This document shows positions 51,645-61,943 of a DNA stretch of 64,000 nucleotides, piece by piece. The notes under the pieces are model-generated. The model was not told where the DNA came from. It saw only the letters and a list, made by a program, of their open reading frames with translations, and did not search any database. Where the stretch lies: contig JAGVBU010000009.1 in NCBI GenBank assembly GCA_020059585.1, forward strand, positions 962 through 64,961, in the 5' to 3' direction. Position 1 is the stretch's first letter; every line of letters begins with the position of its first letter. The DNA comes from Minisyncoccota bacterium. GTDB lineage: Bacteria > Patescibacteriota > Minisyncoccia > UBA6257 > GWB1-50-10. The position numbers and the translations under genes were made by a program.

Positions 51645-51672
51645 AAAACGTACGTTTCTTATTATTAATAAA

Positions 51673-52182
51673 ATGAATACTATTGTTACCATAGAGGAAA
51701 AAAAAGACGAGAAGTTCCTCCGCACGAAGACGGTTCCTTTTGATATAGAAAAACTAAAGGATAAATCGAACGCAAAAAATATCAGGGAACTTCTTAAGAC
51801 CATGAGAGAAATCATGCGGCGAGCGAATGGCGTGGGATTGAGCGCGAATCAAATAGGAATCGGCGAACGTTTTTTTGTCGCGCAGGTTCCGGACGAGCAG
51901 GGAAAGCAGAAGTTTTACGCTATTTTCAATCCTGAAATCATAAAAAAATCCAAAGCAACGGAAACTGTTGAAGAAGGATGTTTGAGCGTGCCGAACGCGT
52001 ACGGTCCCACGGAACGCCACTATGAGGTGACGCTTGTGGGTTATGATCACCGTGGGAAGAAAATAAAGATAAAAGCATGGGGTCTTCTTGCTCGCGTATT
52101 CCAGCACGAGGTCGGGCATCTGAACGGCGAACTCTTCATCGATACCGCGAAAGAAGTGCACCATATCCATCCCTTGGGATAA
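51673..52182 (+). CDS. def: peptide deformylase
   Basis: 169 aa; GxGxAAxQ-like GLSANQIG, EGCLSVP, QHEVGHL (HExxH). Confidence 0.9.
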   Translation: MNTIVTIEEKKDEKFLRTKTVPFDIEKLKDKSNAKNIRELLKTMREIMRRANGVGLSANQIGIGERFFVAQVPDEQGKQKFYAIFNPEIIKKSKATETVEEGCLSVPNAYGPTERHYEVTLVGYDHRGKKIKIKAWGLLARVFQHEVGHLNGELFIDTAKEVHHIHPLG

Positions 52183-52188
52183 CCCTCT

Positions 52189-53028
52189 ATGAAGAGCTCT
52201 TTCTTTTTTTTCGGTACGCCACGATTCGCCGAAATTGCGCTTTCCGAACTCATCAATAAAGGGTGGGTTCCTTCGCGCGTAATATGCAATCCTGATCGCC
52301 CCGCGGGAAGAAAAAAGGAACTTACCGCTCCCCCCGTCAAAACACTTGCCGAGAATAATGGAATTCCCGTCTTTCAACCGGAAAGATTATCCCACGGAGA
52401 CTCTGCGTTCCGCGACATTCCCGACTATTTTTTTGTCGCCGCATACGGAAAGATAATTCCGAGGGAGTTGTTTGAAATTCCCCGATTTGGAACCATAGGC
52501 ATTCATCCCTCGCTTCTTCCGCAATATCGAGGCGCCTCTCCAATCCAATCGGCGATTCTTAATGGAGAGGAAAAAACAGGAATAACCATATTCCTTATCG
52601 ACGAGCAGGTTGATCATGGAAAGATACTTGCTCAGGAAACCGTATCTCTATCTACGGAAGAAACCTATTCCTCTCTTGAGGAAAAACTTGCTCGTCTAGG
52701 ATCTCGCCTTCTTATGACCACAGCCCAAGATTATCGCGAGGGGAAAATAATTCCCAAAGAACAGGATCATGTCCACGCAACTGTCACCAAGAAAATCTCT
52801 ACGAAAGACGGCTTTATTTCTGCAGATACGCTCAATGAGGCACTCCAAGGAAACGCTGAAAAAACGGTGCTTATAGACCGTATGGTGCGCGCGCTGAATC
52901 CAGAACCTGGCGTATGGACATTGAAAGACGGAAAGCGCATGAAAATACTGGGAGTAAAGAAAATCGAGGGGAAAATAATAATTACGAGAATTCAAATGGA
53001 GGGAGGAGTAGCTCGAGATATCCTATAA
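52189..53028 (+). CDS. fmt: methionyl-tRNA formyltransferase
   Basis: 279 aa; FFGTPRFA..., NPDRPAGRKKEL, HPSLLPQYRG. Immediately follows def. Confidence 0.85.
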   Translation: MKSSFFFFGTPRFAEIALSELINKGWVPSRVICNPDRPAGRKKELTAPPVKTLAENNGIPVFQPERLSHGDSAFRDIPDYFFVAAYGKIIPRELFEIPRFGTIGIHPSLLPQYRGASPIQSAILNGEEKTGITIFLIDEQVDHGKILAQETVSLSTEETYSSLEEKLARLGSRLLMTTAQDYREGKIIPKEQDHVHATVTKKISTKDGFISADTLNEALQGNAEKTVLIDRMVRALNPEPGVWTLKDGKRMKILGVKKIEGKIIITRIQMEGGVARDIL

Positions 53029-53035
53029 AAACTTA

Positions 53036-53359
53036 TTAAAGTGAGAGTTCAAGCACATCCTCCTCTTCAATTTCATAGACGGGAGGCAGCTCAAGGACTC
53101 TTTTATACTTCGGGTTCCAGAAAAAAAAACTGTTCGGTTTCATGTTTTTTTTCAGCGCCCTTATCGCCCCATACATATCAAGTATGGCAACATCAATAGA
53201 AAATTTTACTCTGAAGGTGTGTATCCCCCATCGCGTTTCGAAATAAACCGGTCTCGGTTTTTCAAATACGCTCATTCCATCCGTCTTTTCTCTCAAAGTC
53301 TTGAGCACAAGAACGTTGTCGGAAAGAGTTTTATTTCTTGTCCTGTTAAAAAGATTCAT
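53036..53359 (-). CDS. DUF192-like protein
   Basis: Start at MNLFNR...; GIHTFRVKFSIDVAILDMYGAI resembles the DUF192 (COG1430) core. Weak. Confidence 0.3.
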   Translation of the reverse strand: MNLFNRTRNKTLSDNVLVLKTLREKTDGMSVFEKPRPVYFETRWGIHTFRVKFSIDVAILDMYGAIRALKKNMKPNSFFFWNPKYKRVLELPPVYEIEEEDVLELSL

Positions 53360-53363
53360 ATTG

Positions 53364-53582
53364 TTACGGAATATCAAATATTTTTTCTCGGGATGTAGCT
53401 CCTCCGATGAGCGCGATATTTCCTTTGGAAATTCCCATGTATTCCGAAAGAAGTTCAATGACCCTTTTATTCGCCTTCCCTTCTTTCGCGGGAGCATTCG
53501 CTCTTACTATGAAATTTTTTTCATCTATTTTTTCGACGCTCTCTTTCCTGCTGTTTGGCTTCACTAATACGTATATTTTCAT
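53364..53582 (-). CDS. DUF167 (YggU) family protein
   Basis: Start at MKIYVLVKPNS...; VRANAPAKEGKANKRVIELLSEYMGISKGNIALIGGATSREK matches the YggU pattern. Confidence 0.55.
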   Translation of the reverse strand: MKIYVLVKPNSRKESVEKIDEKNFIVRANAPAKEGKANKRVIELLSEYMGISKGNIALIGGATSREKIFDIP

Positions 53583-53583
53583 C

Positions 53584-54438
53584 TTATGCAAAAATTGATT
53601 TAAGCGTATCGATATTTCTCTTATCGGGTCCATTGCCATCAAATCCGGGGACTTCGAGTATCCATGCTTTATCGCGTACCCGCTCCTCTTTTGCGAGCGC
53701 CTTGAACCCCTCTATGCCGATGATTCCCTCTCCTATATTCTCGTGTCTGTCATGATGAGAGTCGAACGGCGTTTTCGAATCATTAATATGCATTACGACG
53801 ACATGTTCCATCCCTAGTTTTTCATCCCAGATATCAAAGAGCGCCTTAATCTTTTTTTCGGTGTAATCATCTATAATCCCCGCCTCAAACGCATGAGCAG
53901 TATCAAAACAAACCTTCACCCTCTCTGATTTCATGAGTGTGTGAATATATGCGATATCTTCAATATCCGATCCCACTTTGTCCCCGCCTCCCGCGGAATT
54001 TTCCATAATAAGCATCGCGCGTCCGGGCGTTTTTTCAAGGACTTTTTTCATCCCAAAAATCTCTTTTTCAAGCGCCTCCTCCTTTGATATACCTTTCCCC
54101 GACCCCATGTGAAATATAAGCCCATTTGCTCCTATTACTTCTGCTATTTTCAAGTGTGCGGATAAGTTATGAATAGATTTTTCATATATTTCTTCGGAGG
54201 CGCTCGCGAGATTCACAAGATACGACGCGTGGAGATACACTTCCTGAACGGTACTTTTTTTTCTCGCTTCATGAAATTTTTTTGTATCTTCCGAAGAAAT
54301 TTCCCGCGTGTGCCACGCGCGCGGAGATGCTCCAAAAAACTGGACTGACGTTCCTCCTAAGTCCTCTATACGCGGGATCGCGTTCCATATTCCACCCTCT
54401 ACGGAAACATGCGCGCCGATACGGGGAATTTTTTTCAT
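53584..54438 (-). CDS. nfo: endonuclease IV (AP endonuclease family 2)
   Basis: Start at MKKIPRIGAHVS; TIM-barrel metal-ligand pattern (H..H, E..D..H..D). Confidence 0.8.
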   Translation of the reverse strand: MKKIPRIGAHVSVEGGIWNAIPRIEDLGGTSVQFFGASPRAWHTREISSEDTKKFHEARKKSTVQEVYLHASYLVNLASASEEIYEKSIHNLSAHLKIAEVIGANGLIFHMGSGKGISKEEALEKEIFGMKKVLEKTPGRAMLIMENSAGGGDKVGSDIEDIAYIHTLMKSERVKVCFDTAHAFEAGIIDDYTEKKIKALFDIWDEKLGMEHVVVMHINDSKTPFDSHHDRHENIGEGIIGIEGFKALAKEERVRDKAWILEVPGFDGNGPDKRNIDTLKSIFA

Positions 54439-54442
54439 AGTA

Positions 54443-55282
54443 CTATGGCTGAAGAGCTTCGTCAGAATTCCCATCTACCGATATTACTACCCGTGAAATG
54501 GTCGGAAATTGTTTGAGTGTGCGCTCAATCTGCGAACGGATGGCCGCAACCCTACAAGATCCTCCCGCGTTCAAAAGATTGTTGAAATCAGCGTATGCAA
54601 TTCCGTTCTCTATCTTTATGCTCTGAAGTACGGTCCCCTCAGGAATACTAGAAAAAAGTTTTGCGTCTTTCTCGGCCCCATTCACTCCCTTTAAAAGCTC
54701 GTCCACCGCGGCCCGCGCAACACCATCAACTCTCTCCACGACACGTACCGATTCATACACTTCCGTACACGCATTCATGGAGGAATCCGTGCCATAACGT
54801 CCAAAGTACACCTTTACCTCCATTATGTCGGAAACGAAACGTACGGGAAGGTCGTACGAAAGATCAAACTCAGGCAATCCGCTTGGATTATCCTTGCTCA
54901 ATCGTATCAATCCTTCTCCATTGCCGGGGTTCTCAAACGATATCTTACTGAAAAAAGGAATTTCATTTTCAGTCATCCATGGTTCCGTCGTCTCCGCGAT
55001 TCCAGTCCCAAGAAGCGCTCCCTTATCATCGTATACGCGCACGGGAAAACTCCCTTCGAAAAACCATGTTCCCTTCGCCATTCCCGAAACCTCGACGGGA
55101 CTTGAAATGCCCTCCCCTTCTTTGGGAAGGAAAACCGTAATATCCGCGCTTCGAGAAGGATCGTTTTCTGTGATGGCGTTATAATCTTCAAGAGCATTTC
55201 TCTGATTCAGAGAGAAAAAACTCCCGATGGCAATCGCGCATATAATTATCCCCGCGTAGAGAGCGATCTTTTTATTTTTCAT
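54443..55282 (-). CDS. secreted GerMN-domain protein with Gmad2-like Ig domain
   Basis: Signal/TM N-terminus. C-terminus ...AAVDELLKG...SSIPEGTVLQSIKIENGIAYADFN...ISRVVISVDGNSDEALQP fits the GerMN (Germane) domain. Confidence 0.5.
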   Translation of the reverse strand: MKNKKIALYAGIIICAIAIGSFFSLNQRNALEDYNAITENDPSRSADITVFLPKEGEGISSPVEVSGMAKGTWFFEGSFPVRVYDDKGALLGTGIAETTEPWMTENEIPFFSKISFENPGNGEGLIRLSKDNPSGLPEFDLSYDLPVRFVSDIMEVKVYFGRYGTDSSMNACTEVYESVRVVERVDGVARAAVDELLKGVNGAEKDAKLFSSIPEGTVLQSIKIENGIAYADFNNLLNAGGSCRVAAIRSQIERTLKQFPTISRVVISVDGNSDEALQP

Positions 55283-55664
55283 TTTTGAGAATATTTTTTA
55301 TTTCTTCTATATCGCGCTCTATCTTTGCGATCTTTATTCTTGTTTTTGTTAACTCATTCTCCTCAGCGTGTATTTCTTTTTCGGTTTTATCCACTATTTT
55401 CTTCTGAGAACGAAGTCCCGTGATGATAATATTATCGCCAATGAAATAAAACACAAAAAGACCTGTAAGAAGGAGTATCACCACGCTCACCACAACCGAT
55501 CCAAGTCCATAAAGAGAGGGAAATGTTTCGGCGGTTTCCCAAACCCCCTTCCAAAAAAGTACAACGCCCACGCCTCCGACAAACGCGTAGAGTATCGGAA
55601 AATGACTCAACGCGCCGCGTACCTTATCTTCAAGCTTATCAAAGAATTTTATTATTTTTTTCAT
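55272..55664 (-). CDS. hypothetical membrane protein with C-terminal coiled coil
   Basis: 130 aa; 2 TM then IKIAKIERDIEEIKNILKNEK. Confidence 0.4.
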   Translation of the reverse strand: MKKIIKFFDKLEDKVRGALSHFPILYAFVGGVGVVLFWKGVWETAETFPSLYGLGSVVVSVVILLLTGLFVFYFIGDNIIITGLRSQKKIVDKTEKEIHAEENELTKTRIKIAKIERDIEEIKNILKNEK

Positions 55665-55685
55665 CGCGTGCTTTCATTATACTCC

Positions 55686-56876
55686 TCATCTTTTCGGTAA
55701 AAAAGAGTTCTTTCTTCGTATCCTATGATAATTTACCGAGGTGCGATGCGCCTCGTCGCGTACGCGTACGAGCGTGCGATGCGTCGTCCATGAAGGAATG
55801 TTTCCTATAATATCGCTTCTCTTTCTTCTTTTTCCTTTTGCCATTCCTATTACGGGAATTATAATATTCTGTTTTTTTAGGACCTCCACTGCGGCGTTCA
55901 CCTGTCCTATTCCTCCATCAACAAGGATAAGGTCGGGAAAGGGCCATTCGCCATGTCTAAAACGGCGTTCAAGGATCTCCTTCATCATTCGCGTGTCATC
56001 CGGAGATTGATCAGAAGAAATAGAGAATTTTTTATATTCAGAATTCTTTGAAACGTCCCCGATAAAAACCACCATACTTCCTACGGCATGTTTTCCGGAA
56101 ATATTCGAAATATCATAACCCTCAACCCGCTTCGCGGGAATTTTTAATGGCTCGGAGGAGATAACGGCTACGTCATTGATGTGCTGAAGCGCAAAAAGCT
56201 GTCTTTTTATTTTCTCCGCTTTTTCGAATTCAAGTTTTTTGCTCGCCTGCGTCATTGCGCGCTCAAGGTTTTCTATCGCCCGATTCATTTTCCCCGAAAG
56301 AAAAAGCGAGAGGTTTTTTATGTTTTTCTTGTATTCTCTTTTATCAACTGCTCCAACACACGTTCCCGGACAGAGACCTATATGATAATCAAAACACGCC
56401 TTTCCCCATTTTTTCGATGGATCATGCACGCTCCACGGGAATATTTTCCGCATAATCCGGAGCGCTTCTTTTAATGAACTTGAAGAGGTAAACGGACCGA
56501 ACACTTCGGCAAAATCATCTTTCTTTTCGGAAATCTCCTTTCCCCTCACAAGAAGTACGCGCGGAAATTCATCTTTCGTGATAATCGCGTAAAAAAAACT
56601 TTTATCATCTTTCTCTCTTATGTTGAATGGGGGTTGATTTTTTTTTATAAGGTTCGCTTCAAGAATAAGCGCCTCAAGCGCTGAATTGGTACGCGTATAA
56701 TCTATTTTCCGGACCGTCGAAATAAGACGCGTGATGCGAGCGTCATGTGGACGAGAAAAATAGCTAGAAACTCTGTGCCTCAGGTTAACCGCTTTTCCTA
56801 TATAGAGAATTCGCCCGCGCGCATCCTTCATGAAATATACCCCAGGCGATTCCGGAATGTGGGCGTAAAGGGACAT
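55686..56876 (-). CDS. uvrC: excinuclease ABC subunit C, short form lacking C-terminal (HhH)2 domain
   Basis: GIY-YIG GVYFMKDARGRILYIGKA; UVR domain FEKAEKIKRQLFALQHI; RNase H-like endonuclease domain. Only 396 aa. Confidence 0.8.
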   Translation of the reverse strand: MSLYAHIPESPGVYFMKDARGRILYIGKAVNLRHRVSSYFSRPHDARITRLISTVRKIDYTRTNSALEALILEANLIKKNQPPFNIREKDDKSFFYAIITKDEFPRVLLVRGKEISEKKDDFAEVFGPFTSSSSLKEALRIMRKIFPWSVHDPSKKWGKACFDYHIGLCPGTCVGAVDKREYKKNIKNLSLFLSGKMNRAIENLERAMTQASKKLEFEKAEKIKRQLFALQHINDVAVISSEPLKIPAKRVEGYDISNISGKHAVGSMVVFIGDVSKNSEYKKFSISSDQSPDDTRMMKEILERRFRHGEWPFPDLILVDGGIGQVNAAVEVLKKQNIIIPVIGMAKGKRRKRSDIIGNIPSWTTHRTLVRVRDEAHRTSVNYHRIRRKNSFLPKR

Positions 56877-56886
56877 ATATATTCAA

Positions 56887-57747
56887 TTAATCCGAATAAA
56901 AAAGAAAGTCAAAAAATCTTTGGGCGGGTGTTTTTTCTTTCGGGGTATGCGAAGATCCCTCGAATATTCCCTGCAGCTTATTTTTTGCCTCACGCTCTCC
57001 CGCGCGAATGATATCCTTCGCATCAGCAAATTGAAACCATCGATACCCTATAACAGGGGGGTTTAAAACAATATCCGCGCCAGACAGCACCCGTCGCGCA
57101 AGCTGATATTCTATTATTGCAAGCGCGCGGGGCATCACCGAGTAAAGTTTTATCGGATTTAAACTCTCTTCCTCAAGGTTATACCATCGGCTTGAAACAT
57201 CTACCGCGATGACATATTCAGCACCCATATCGCGGACGACATCGGCAGGAACTGGATTTACAAAACCCCCGTCCATAAGGAGCCTTCCCTCAATTGTCGC
57301 GGGTGGAAATATGAGAGGAAGCGCGGTCGATGCCTGTATCGCGTTACGGAGATCTCCCTTGTTCAAAATCACCTCATCGCCATTTTCGACTGCTGTTGCA
57401 ATCGCGGTGAACGGAATTTTACACTCTTCAATCGAAACGTCTTTTATTTTTTCTTCAAGAAGATCAAGAAGATCATTTTTGAATATTTCTCCATTTTTTT
57501 TGCGAATCATGCGCGTTGCCGGATATACGTCTTTTTTCTGTATTCCAAGAAAAAAATTTTCAAGGAAACGAATGTCCTTTGTTGCGGCATATATTCCTCC
57601 CACAAGCGCGCCCATGCTCGTTCCCGCGATATAGCTTATTTCAATACCCGCGTCCTCAAGCGCGCGGATGACGCCAATATGTGCCAATCCTTTTGCCGCG
57701 CCCCCTCCAAGGGCAAGTCCAACCTTCTTCGGAATTTTCTGTGTCAT
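56887..57747 (-). CDS. patatin-like phospholipase
   Basis: Start at MTQKIPKKVGLALGGGAAKG; oxyanion GGGxxKG, nucleophile GTSMG, DGG dyad. Confidence 0.8.
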   Translation of the reverse strand: MTQKIPKKVGLALGGGAAKGLAHIGVIRALEDAGIEISYIAGTSMGALVGGIYAATKDIRFLENFFLGIQKKDVYPATRMIRKKNGEIFKNDLLDLLEEKIKDVSIEECKIPFTAIATAVENGDEVILNKGDLRNAIQASTALPLIFPPATIEGRLLMDGGFVNPVPADVVRDMGAEYVIAVDVSSRWYNLEEESLNPIKLYSVMPRALAIIEYQLARRVLSGADIVLNPPVIGYRWFQFADAKDIIRAGEREAKNKLQGIFEGSSHTPKEKTPAQRFFDFLFYSD

Positions 57748-57802
57748 ACACAAATAATAAACAAAAAGAGGTCTTTTGAAAATACAAAAGGCCCCTTTAG
57801 AT

Positions 57803-58318
57803 TTAATTTTTCTTGATAGCGCCGAAAACCCCCACGATTGCTGAGGCAATCTGATAATGCGGAAACATCGGCTGATTCTTCGCGTATCCGATGTATGCCG
57901 CGCCAAGATGCGTTGCCGCGAGAATTGTCCATCCCCATTTGATTTTCCACGCTCCGTTTTTCGGATGGAGCAAATATGTTGCGGCGAGCATACCCGCAGA
58001 ACTCCAGAACTCAAAGAACGTCAGCTCTCCCGTAAACGTGAAGACAGTCAAAACAAGAATTATCACAAACAAAGAGGAAAGTATCCCTGCCTCGATTTTC
58101 CTGTTTTCCTCTTTAACCAGAACTCCGTACATCATCGTGACGAAAAGTCCCAACTCCGCAACCATATAAACGCGAAGATCGAGAAAATAAAAATAGACGA
58201 TTGAGAGAAGTGCGCCGATTGCGCCGAGTATCCATCCTAATTTTTTCCCGACAAGCATACCAACTTTGTTCGAAAAAAAAATTATGGAGACAAGAGCCTC
58301 AATGGCTTTCAAGGTCAT
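57803..58318 (-). CDS. multi-TM membrane protein, PnuC-like?
   Basis: 171 aa, about 6 TM, Trp-rich HPKNGAWKIKWGW segment reminiscent of PnuC nucleoside transporters. Weak. Confidence 0.3.
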   Translation of the reverse strand: MTLKAIEALVSIIFFSNKVGMLVGKKLGWILGAIGALLSIVYFYFLDLRVYMVAELGLFVTMMYGVLVKEENRKIEAGILSSLFVIILVLTVFTFTGELTFFEFWSSAGMLAATYLLHPKNGAWKIKWGWTILAATHLGAAYIGYAKNQPMFPHYQIASAIVGVFGAIKKN

Positions 58319-58393
58319 GCTTTCCTCCGAAAGTTATTTAATGTCTTTCCAGATTATAGTACAAAATATACTATATGTCAATTATCTCTCTTC

Positions 58394-60931
58394 TTATTTC
58401 AGAATTTTCCTCAGATAGTGCCCTGTAAAACTTCCCTCTACTTTCGAAACATATTCAGGGGTTCCTTCTCCGACAATTTTTCCTCCTTTTTCTCCCCCCT
58501 CGGGACCAAGATCGATGACCCAATCCGCCGTCTTAATAACATCAAGATTGTGCTCGATTACCACAACCGTGTTTCCCCTTTCCACAAGACGATGTAAGAC
58601 CTCAAGCAACTTTTTCACGTCATGAAAATGAAGCCCCGTTGTCGGTTCATCGAGGAGATACAATGTTCTTCTTGTGCCCGCCTGACGATACGCGGGTCCT
58701 GTTTTCCCCAACTCCGCGCCGAGTTTTATGCGTTGAGCTTCTCCGCCGGAGAGCGTTGTTGCGGATTGTCCGAGTTCAAGATATCCCAACCCCACTTCAT
58801 TGAGAATCTTCAAACGATCATACAACCATGGAATGTCATCAAAAAATTTTGCTGCTTCCTCTATAGTCATCTTCAGCACCTCGTGGATATTTTTTTTCTT
58901 GTACTCCACCTCAAGCGTCTCCCTGTCGAAACGCTTCCCTTTGCACACATCGCATTCAATATATACCGTAGGAAGAAAGTGCATTTCGATGGCAATGACC
59001 CCATGTCCTTCGCAATGTTCACACCTTCCTCCTTTTACGTTAAAACTGAATCGCCCCGGTTTATAGCCGCGTATACGCGCATCTTCTGTTGCCGCAAATA
59101 GATCTCTTATATATGTCCACGCGCCTACATATGTCGCTGGATTCGAACGAGGCGTGCGTCCTATCGCGGATTGATCGATATTGATAACTCTGCTGATATT
59201 TTCTAATCCTCGCATTTCCCGATGCGCGCCAGGAACATAATTCGCGCCATTGAGCTTATTTGCAAGCGTTTTCCAAAGTACATCATATAAAAATGTGCTT
59301 TTCCCCGATCCCGAGACTCCCGTGATCGCAACGAATCTTCTGAGGGGAATTTGTATATCAATGTTTTTAAGATTATTTTCCCTAATTCCCTTTATCGCGA
59401 GAAAACTATGATCTCGTTTCACTCCCCTTCTTTCTTTGGGTACCGCGACGGACTCCTCTCCGCGAAGATACCGAATAGTCAATGATTTCGATTTTTTTTC
59501 CTCGAGTATCCGAGGGATTTCGCCCTCGACGACAATTTCACCCCCGTGTATTCCCGCTCCGGGACCTATATCCACGAGATGATCTGATTCCCTAATCGTC
59601 TCTTCGTCATGTTCAACAACGATTACGGTATTCCCGAGATCTCTCAGTTCGTGAAGCGTGCGTATGAGTTTTGCGTTGTCCCGCTGATGCAATCCTATCG
59701 TCGGTTCATCAAGAACATAGAGAGCCCCCGTGAGACGCGACCCTATTTGTGACGCGAGACGGATTCTTTGCGCTTCGCCTCCTGAAAGCGTTCCCGCCTT
59801 TCGTTCAAGCGTCAGATATTCTAATCCGACATCAAGCATGAATTTCAAACGCGCTTTAATTTCACGGAGCGGCACCTCAATGATCTCAAAATTTTTTTTC
59901 TCCTTCTTTTTCTGCATTCCTGTAAAAAAATCATATGCTTCCGATATAGAAAGCGCTGCCACGGAAGATATGTTTTTCCCCTCAATGAGTACGCTTAACG
60001 CCTCCTGCTTCAGACGTCTCCCTCCGCATGCATCGCACGGTTTCTCCGACCATATATTTTCAACCCCAAGACCGTGACATTCGGGGCATGCGCCGTAAGG
60101 ACTATTAAAAGAAAATAAACGAGGCTCTATTTCGGGAAATGAAAATCCGTCTTCAGGACACGTGAATTTTGCCGAAAGAGGCGTCTCTTTATCAGTGATA
60201 ACAGTGACCACGTCATTCCCGTATTTCAGTCCGGTTTCGATTGCTTCCGCAAGCCGAAGCCTGTTGTCTTTGTCTGAAAAATCCAATCCCGAAGGCATAC
60301 GATCGATTAAAAGGTCAATCGTGTGTTGTTTATAGCGCGAGAGTTCAATCCGATCGCGAAGAGAATAAAACTTTCCGTCTATACGCACCTCGGAAAATCC
60401 GGAATTCAGATAATCGTAGAGCATCTGATAATATTCCCCCTTCCTCCCGCGCACTACGGGCGCAAGTATAATGAGATTGCGACGGCTGCTGTTTTCTCTT
60501 GAAATATCAATGGTAATATTCACAATTTCTTCATTAGTCATACGCTGTATCTTTTTCCCGCATACAGGACAATGAGGATCGCCTGCGCGCGCAAAAAGCA
60601 CCCGAAGATAATCATAAATTTCCGTAATGGTTGCGACAGTCGAACGCGGATTCGCGGAATGACTCTTCTGATCTATTGATATCGCGGGAGATAGTCCCTC
60701 AATTTCATCGACGTCCGGTTTATTGAGGCGCCCAAGAAATTGCCGCGCGTACGCGGAAAGGGATTCAATGTACCGTCTCTGGCCTTCCGCAAAGATCGTA
60801 TCGAACGCAAGAGACGATTTCCCGGAACCCGAAAGACCGGTGAATACGATCATCTTGTTCCGTGGAATTTCGAGGTTTATATTTTTCAGATTGTGCTCTC
60901 GCGCTCCTTTTATCTTTATTTTATTGCTCAT
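58394..60931 (-). CDS. uvrA: excinuclease ABC subunit A
   Basis: Start at [18 protein letters not shown]; two ABC modules ([24 protein letters not shown]) and zinc-finger Cys clusters. Confidence 0.9.
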   Translation of the reverse strand: MSNKIKIKGAREHNLKNINLEIPRNKMIVFTGLSGSGKSSLAFDTIFAEGQRRYIESLSAYARQFLGRLNKPDVDEIEGLSPAISIDQKSHSANPRSTVATITEIYDYLRVLFARAGDPHCPVCGKKIQRMTNEEIVNITIDISRENSSRRNLIILAPVVRGRKGEYYQMLYDYLNSGFSEVRIDGKFYSLRDRIELSRYKQHTIDLLIDRMPSGLDFSDKDNRLRLAEAIETGLKYGNDVVTVITDKETPLSAKFTCPEDGFSFPEIEPRLFSFNSPYGACPECHGLGVENIWSEKPCDACGGRRLKQEALSVLIEGKNISSVAALSISEAYDFFTGMQKKKEKKNFEIIEVPLREIKARLKFMLDVGLEYLTLERKAGTLSGGEAQRIRLASQIGSRLTGALYVLDEPTIGLHQRDNAKLIRTLHELRDLGNTVIVVEHDEETIRESDHLVDIGPGAGIHGGEIVVEGEIPRILEEKKSKSLTIRYLRGEESVAVPKERRGVKRDHSFLAIKGIRENNLKNIDIQIPLRRFVAITGVSGSGKSTFLYDVLWKTLANKLNGANYVPGAHREMRGLENISRVINIDQSAIGRTPRSNPATYVGAWTYIRDLFAATEDARIRGYKPGRFSFNVKGGRCEHCEGHGVIAIEMHFLPTVYIECDVCKGKRFDRETLEVEYKKKNIHEVLKMTIEEAAKFFDDIPWLYDRLKILNEVGLGYLELGQSATTLSGGEAQRIKLGAELGKTGPAYRQAGTRRTLYLLDEPTTGLHFHDVKKLLEVLHRLVERGNTVVVIEHNLDVIKTADWVIDLGPEGGEKGGKIVGEGTPEYVSKVEGSFTGHYLRKILK

Positions 60932-61035
60932 ACATAAACGTCCCGAGGATCTCTTGTCCTTGGGGTATATAGAAAGCATACGGGATTGTTCCTCAAAAAG
61001 TCAAAATCAGTCCCTCTTCTACGACTGCAATACTT

Positions 61036-61809
61036 TTATTCCGCGAGGAGAATGAATCCGAGAAGCGCGAGAAATATGCGATATATCCCAAATAACTCAA
61101 ATGTGTGGGTACGCACGAAGGAAAGGAAGAATTTTATCGCGCCAAGCGCAACGGCAAAAGACACGATAAACCCAACCGCAAGAAATCCGAATTCATCCGG
61201 CGTAAATAAATGTGCGGTTTTTACGAGATCAAGCCCCGTTGCGGCAGCCATTGTTGGAACCGCAAGAAGGAAAGAAAACTGGACGATCGCTCTCCTTGAT
61301 AATCCCGCGTACATACCTCCGAATATCGTGGCGGCAGCGCGGGAAACGCCGGGAATTATCGCTATTGATTGAAACACGCCGATGAGAAATGCCTGAGGAT
61401 ATGTAATAAAACCCAATTCATCTATAGTGCGTTTCTGTTCTCCATGGGCCCGCTCAAAAATAATAATAAGTATTCCTCCGAGAAGAAGTGCCCACAATAC
61501 GACATACACATTATCCATGAGATAATTCTTTACGATGTTATAGAACAAAAGCCCTATAAACGCGGTGGGAATACACGCAGCGATGATCCGCTTCATAATT
61601 CTTCTATTCACAAAAAGTTCTCGCCAATATATAGCCACTACCGAAAGAATCGCTCCGAGTTGTATCGCAATTTCGAAACTTTTTAAAAATTCCGTCTGCG
61701 GATTTCCAAGAATATGAGACGTGAGAATAAGATGCCCCGTCGAAGAGATGGGGAGGAATTCAGTTATTCCCTCAACAATGCCGTATATGATCGCGTGGAG
61801 AATATCCAT
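61036..61809 (-). CDS. uppP: undecaprenyl-diphosphatase
   Basis: 257 aa; [14 protein letters not shown] and 8-TM BacA pattern. Confidence 0.9.
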   Translation of the reverse strand: MDILHAIIYGIVEGITEFLPISSTGHLILTSHILGNPQTEFLKSFEIAIQLGAILSVVAIYWRELFVNRRIMKRIIAACIPTAFIGLLFYNIVKNYLMDNVYVVLWALLLGGILIIIFERAHGEQKRTIDELGFITYPQAFLIGVFQSIAIIPGVSRAAATIFGGMYAGLSRRAIVQFSFLLAVPTMAAATGLDLVKTAHLFTPDEFGFLAVGFIVSFAVALGAIKFFLSFVRTHTFELFGIYRIFLALLGFILLAE

Positions 61810-61890
61810 ATCATTTAATTAACAAATTCTTACACTATTCACTAATCTACTCTGTGGAAATCATGATATCACGCAAAATAAGAAACAAAA

Positions 61891-61925
61891 ATCCCGCCCG
61901 TAGCGCAATTCATAGGGGGGCGGGA
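61891..61925 (-). terminator. intrinsic terminator downstream of the surface-protein gene
   Basis: cccgccc...gggcggg stem followed on minus by ATTTTTG; shares an AAAAATCCCGCCCGT lead-in with the groEL terminator. Confidence 0.45.
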
Positions 61926-61943
61926 AATTTCAAAGATTGGTGA

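Noticed and set aside
60930-60979. Apparent one-base inconsistency between my reading of the displayed bases near 60958-60962 and the ORF-track translation of the uvrA N-terminus
   Set aside because: Most likely a reading/transcription slip of mine. The track shows an uninterrupted 861-aa UvrA, so no pseudogene is claimed. The uvrA start coordinate is approximate by one nucleotide.
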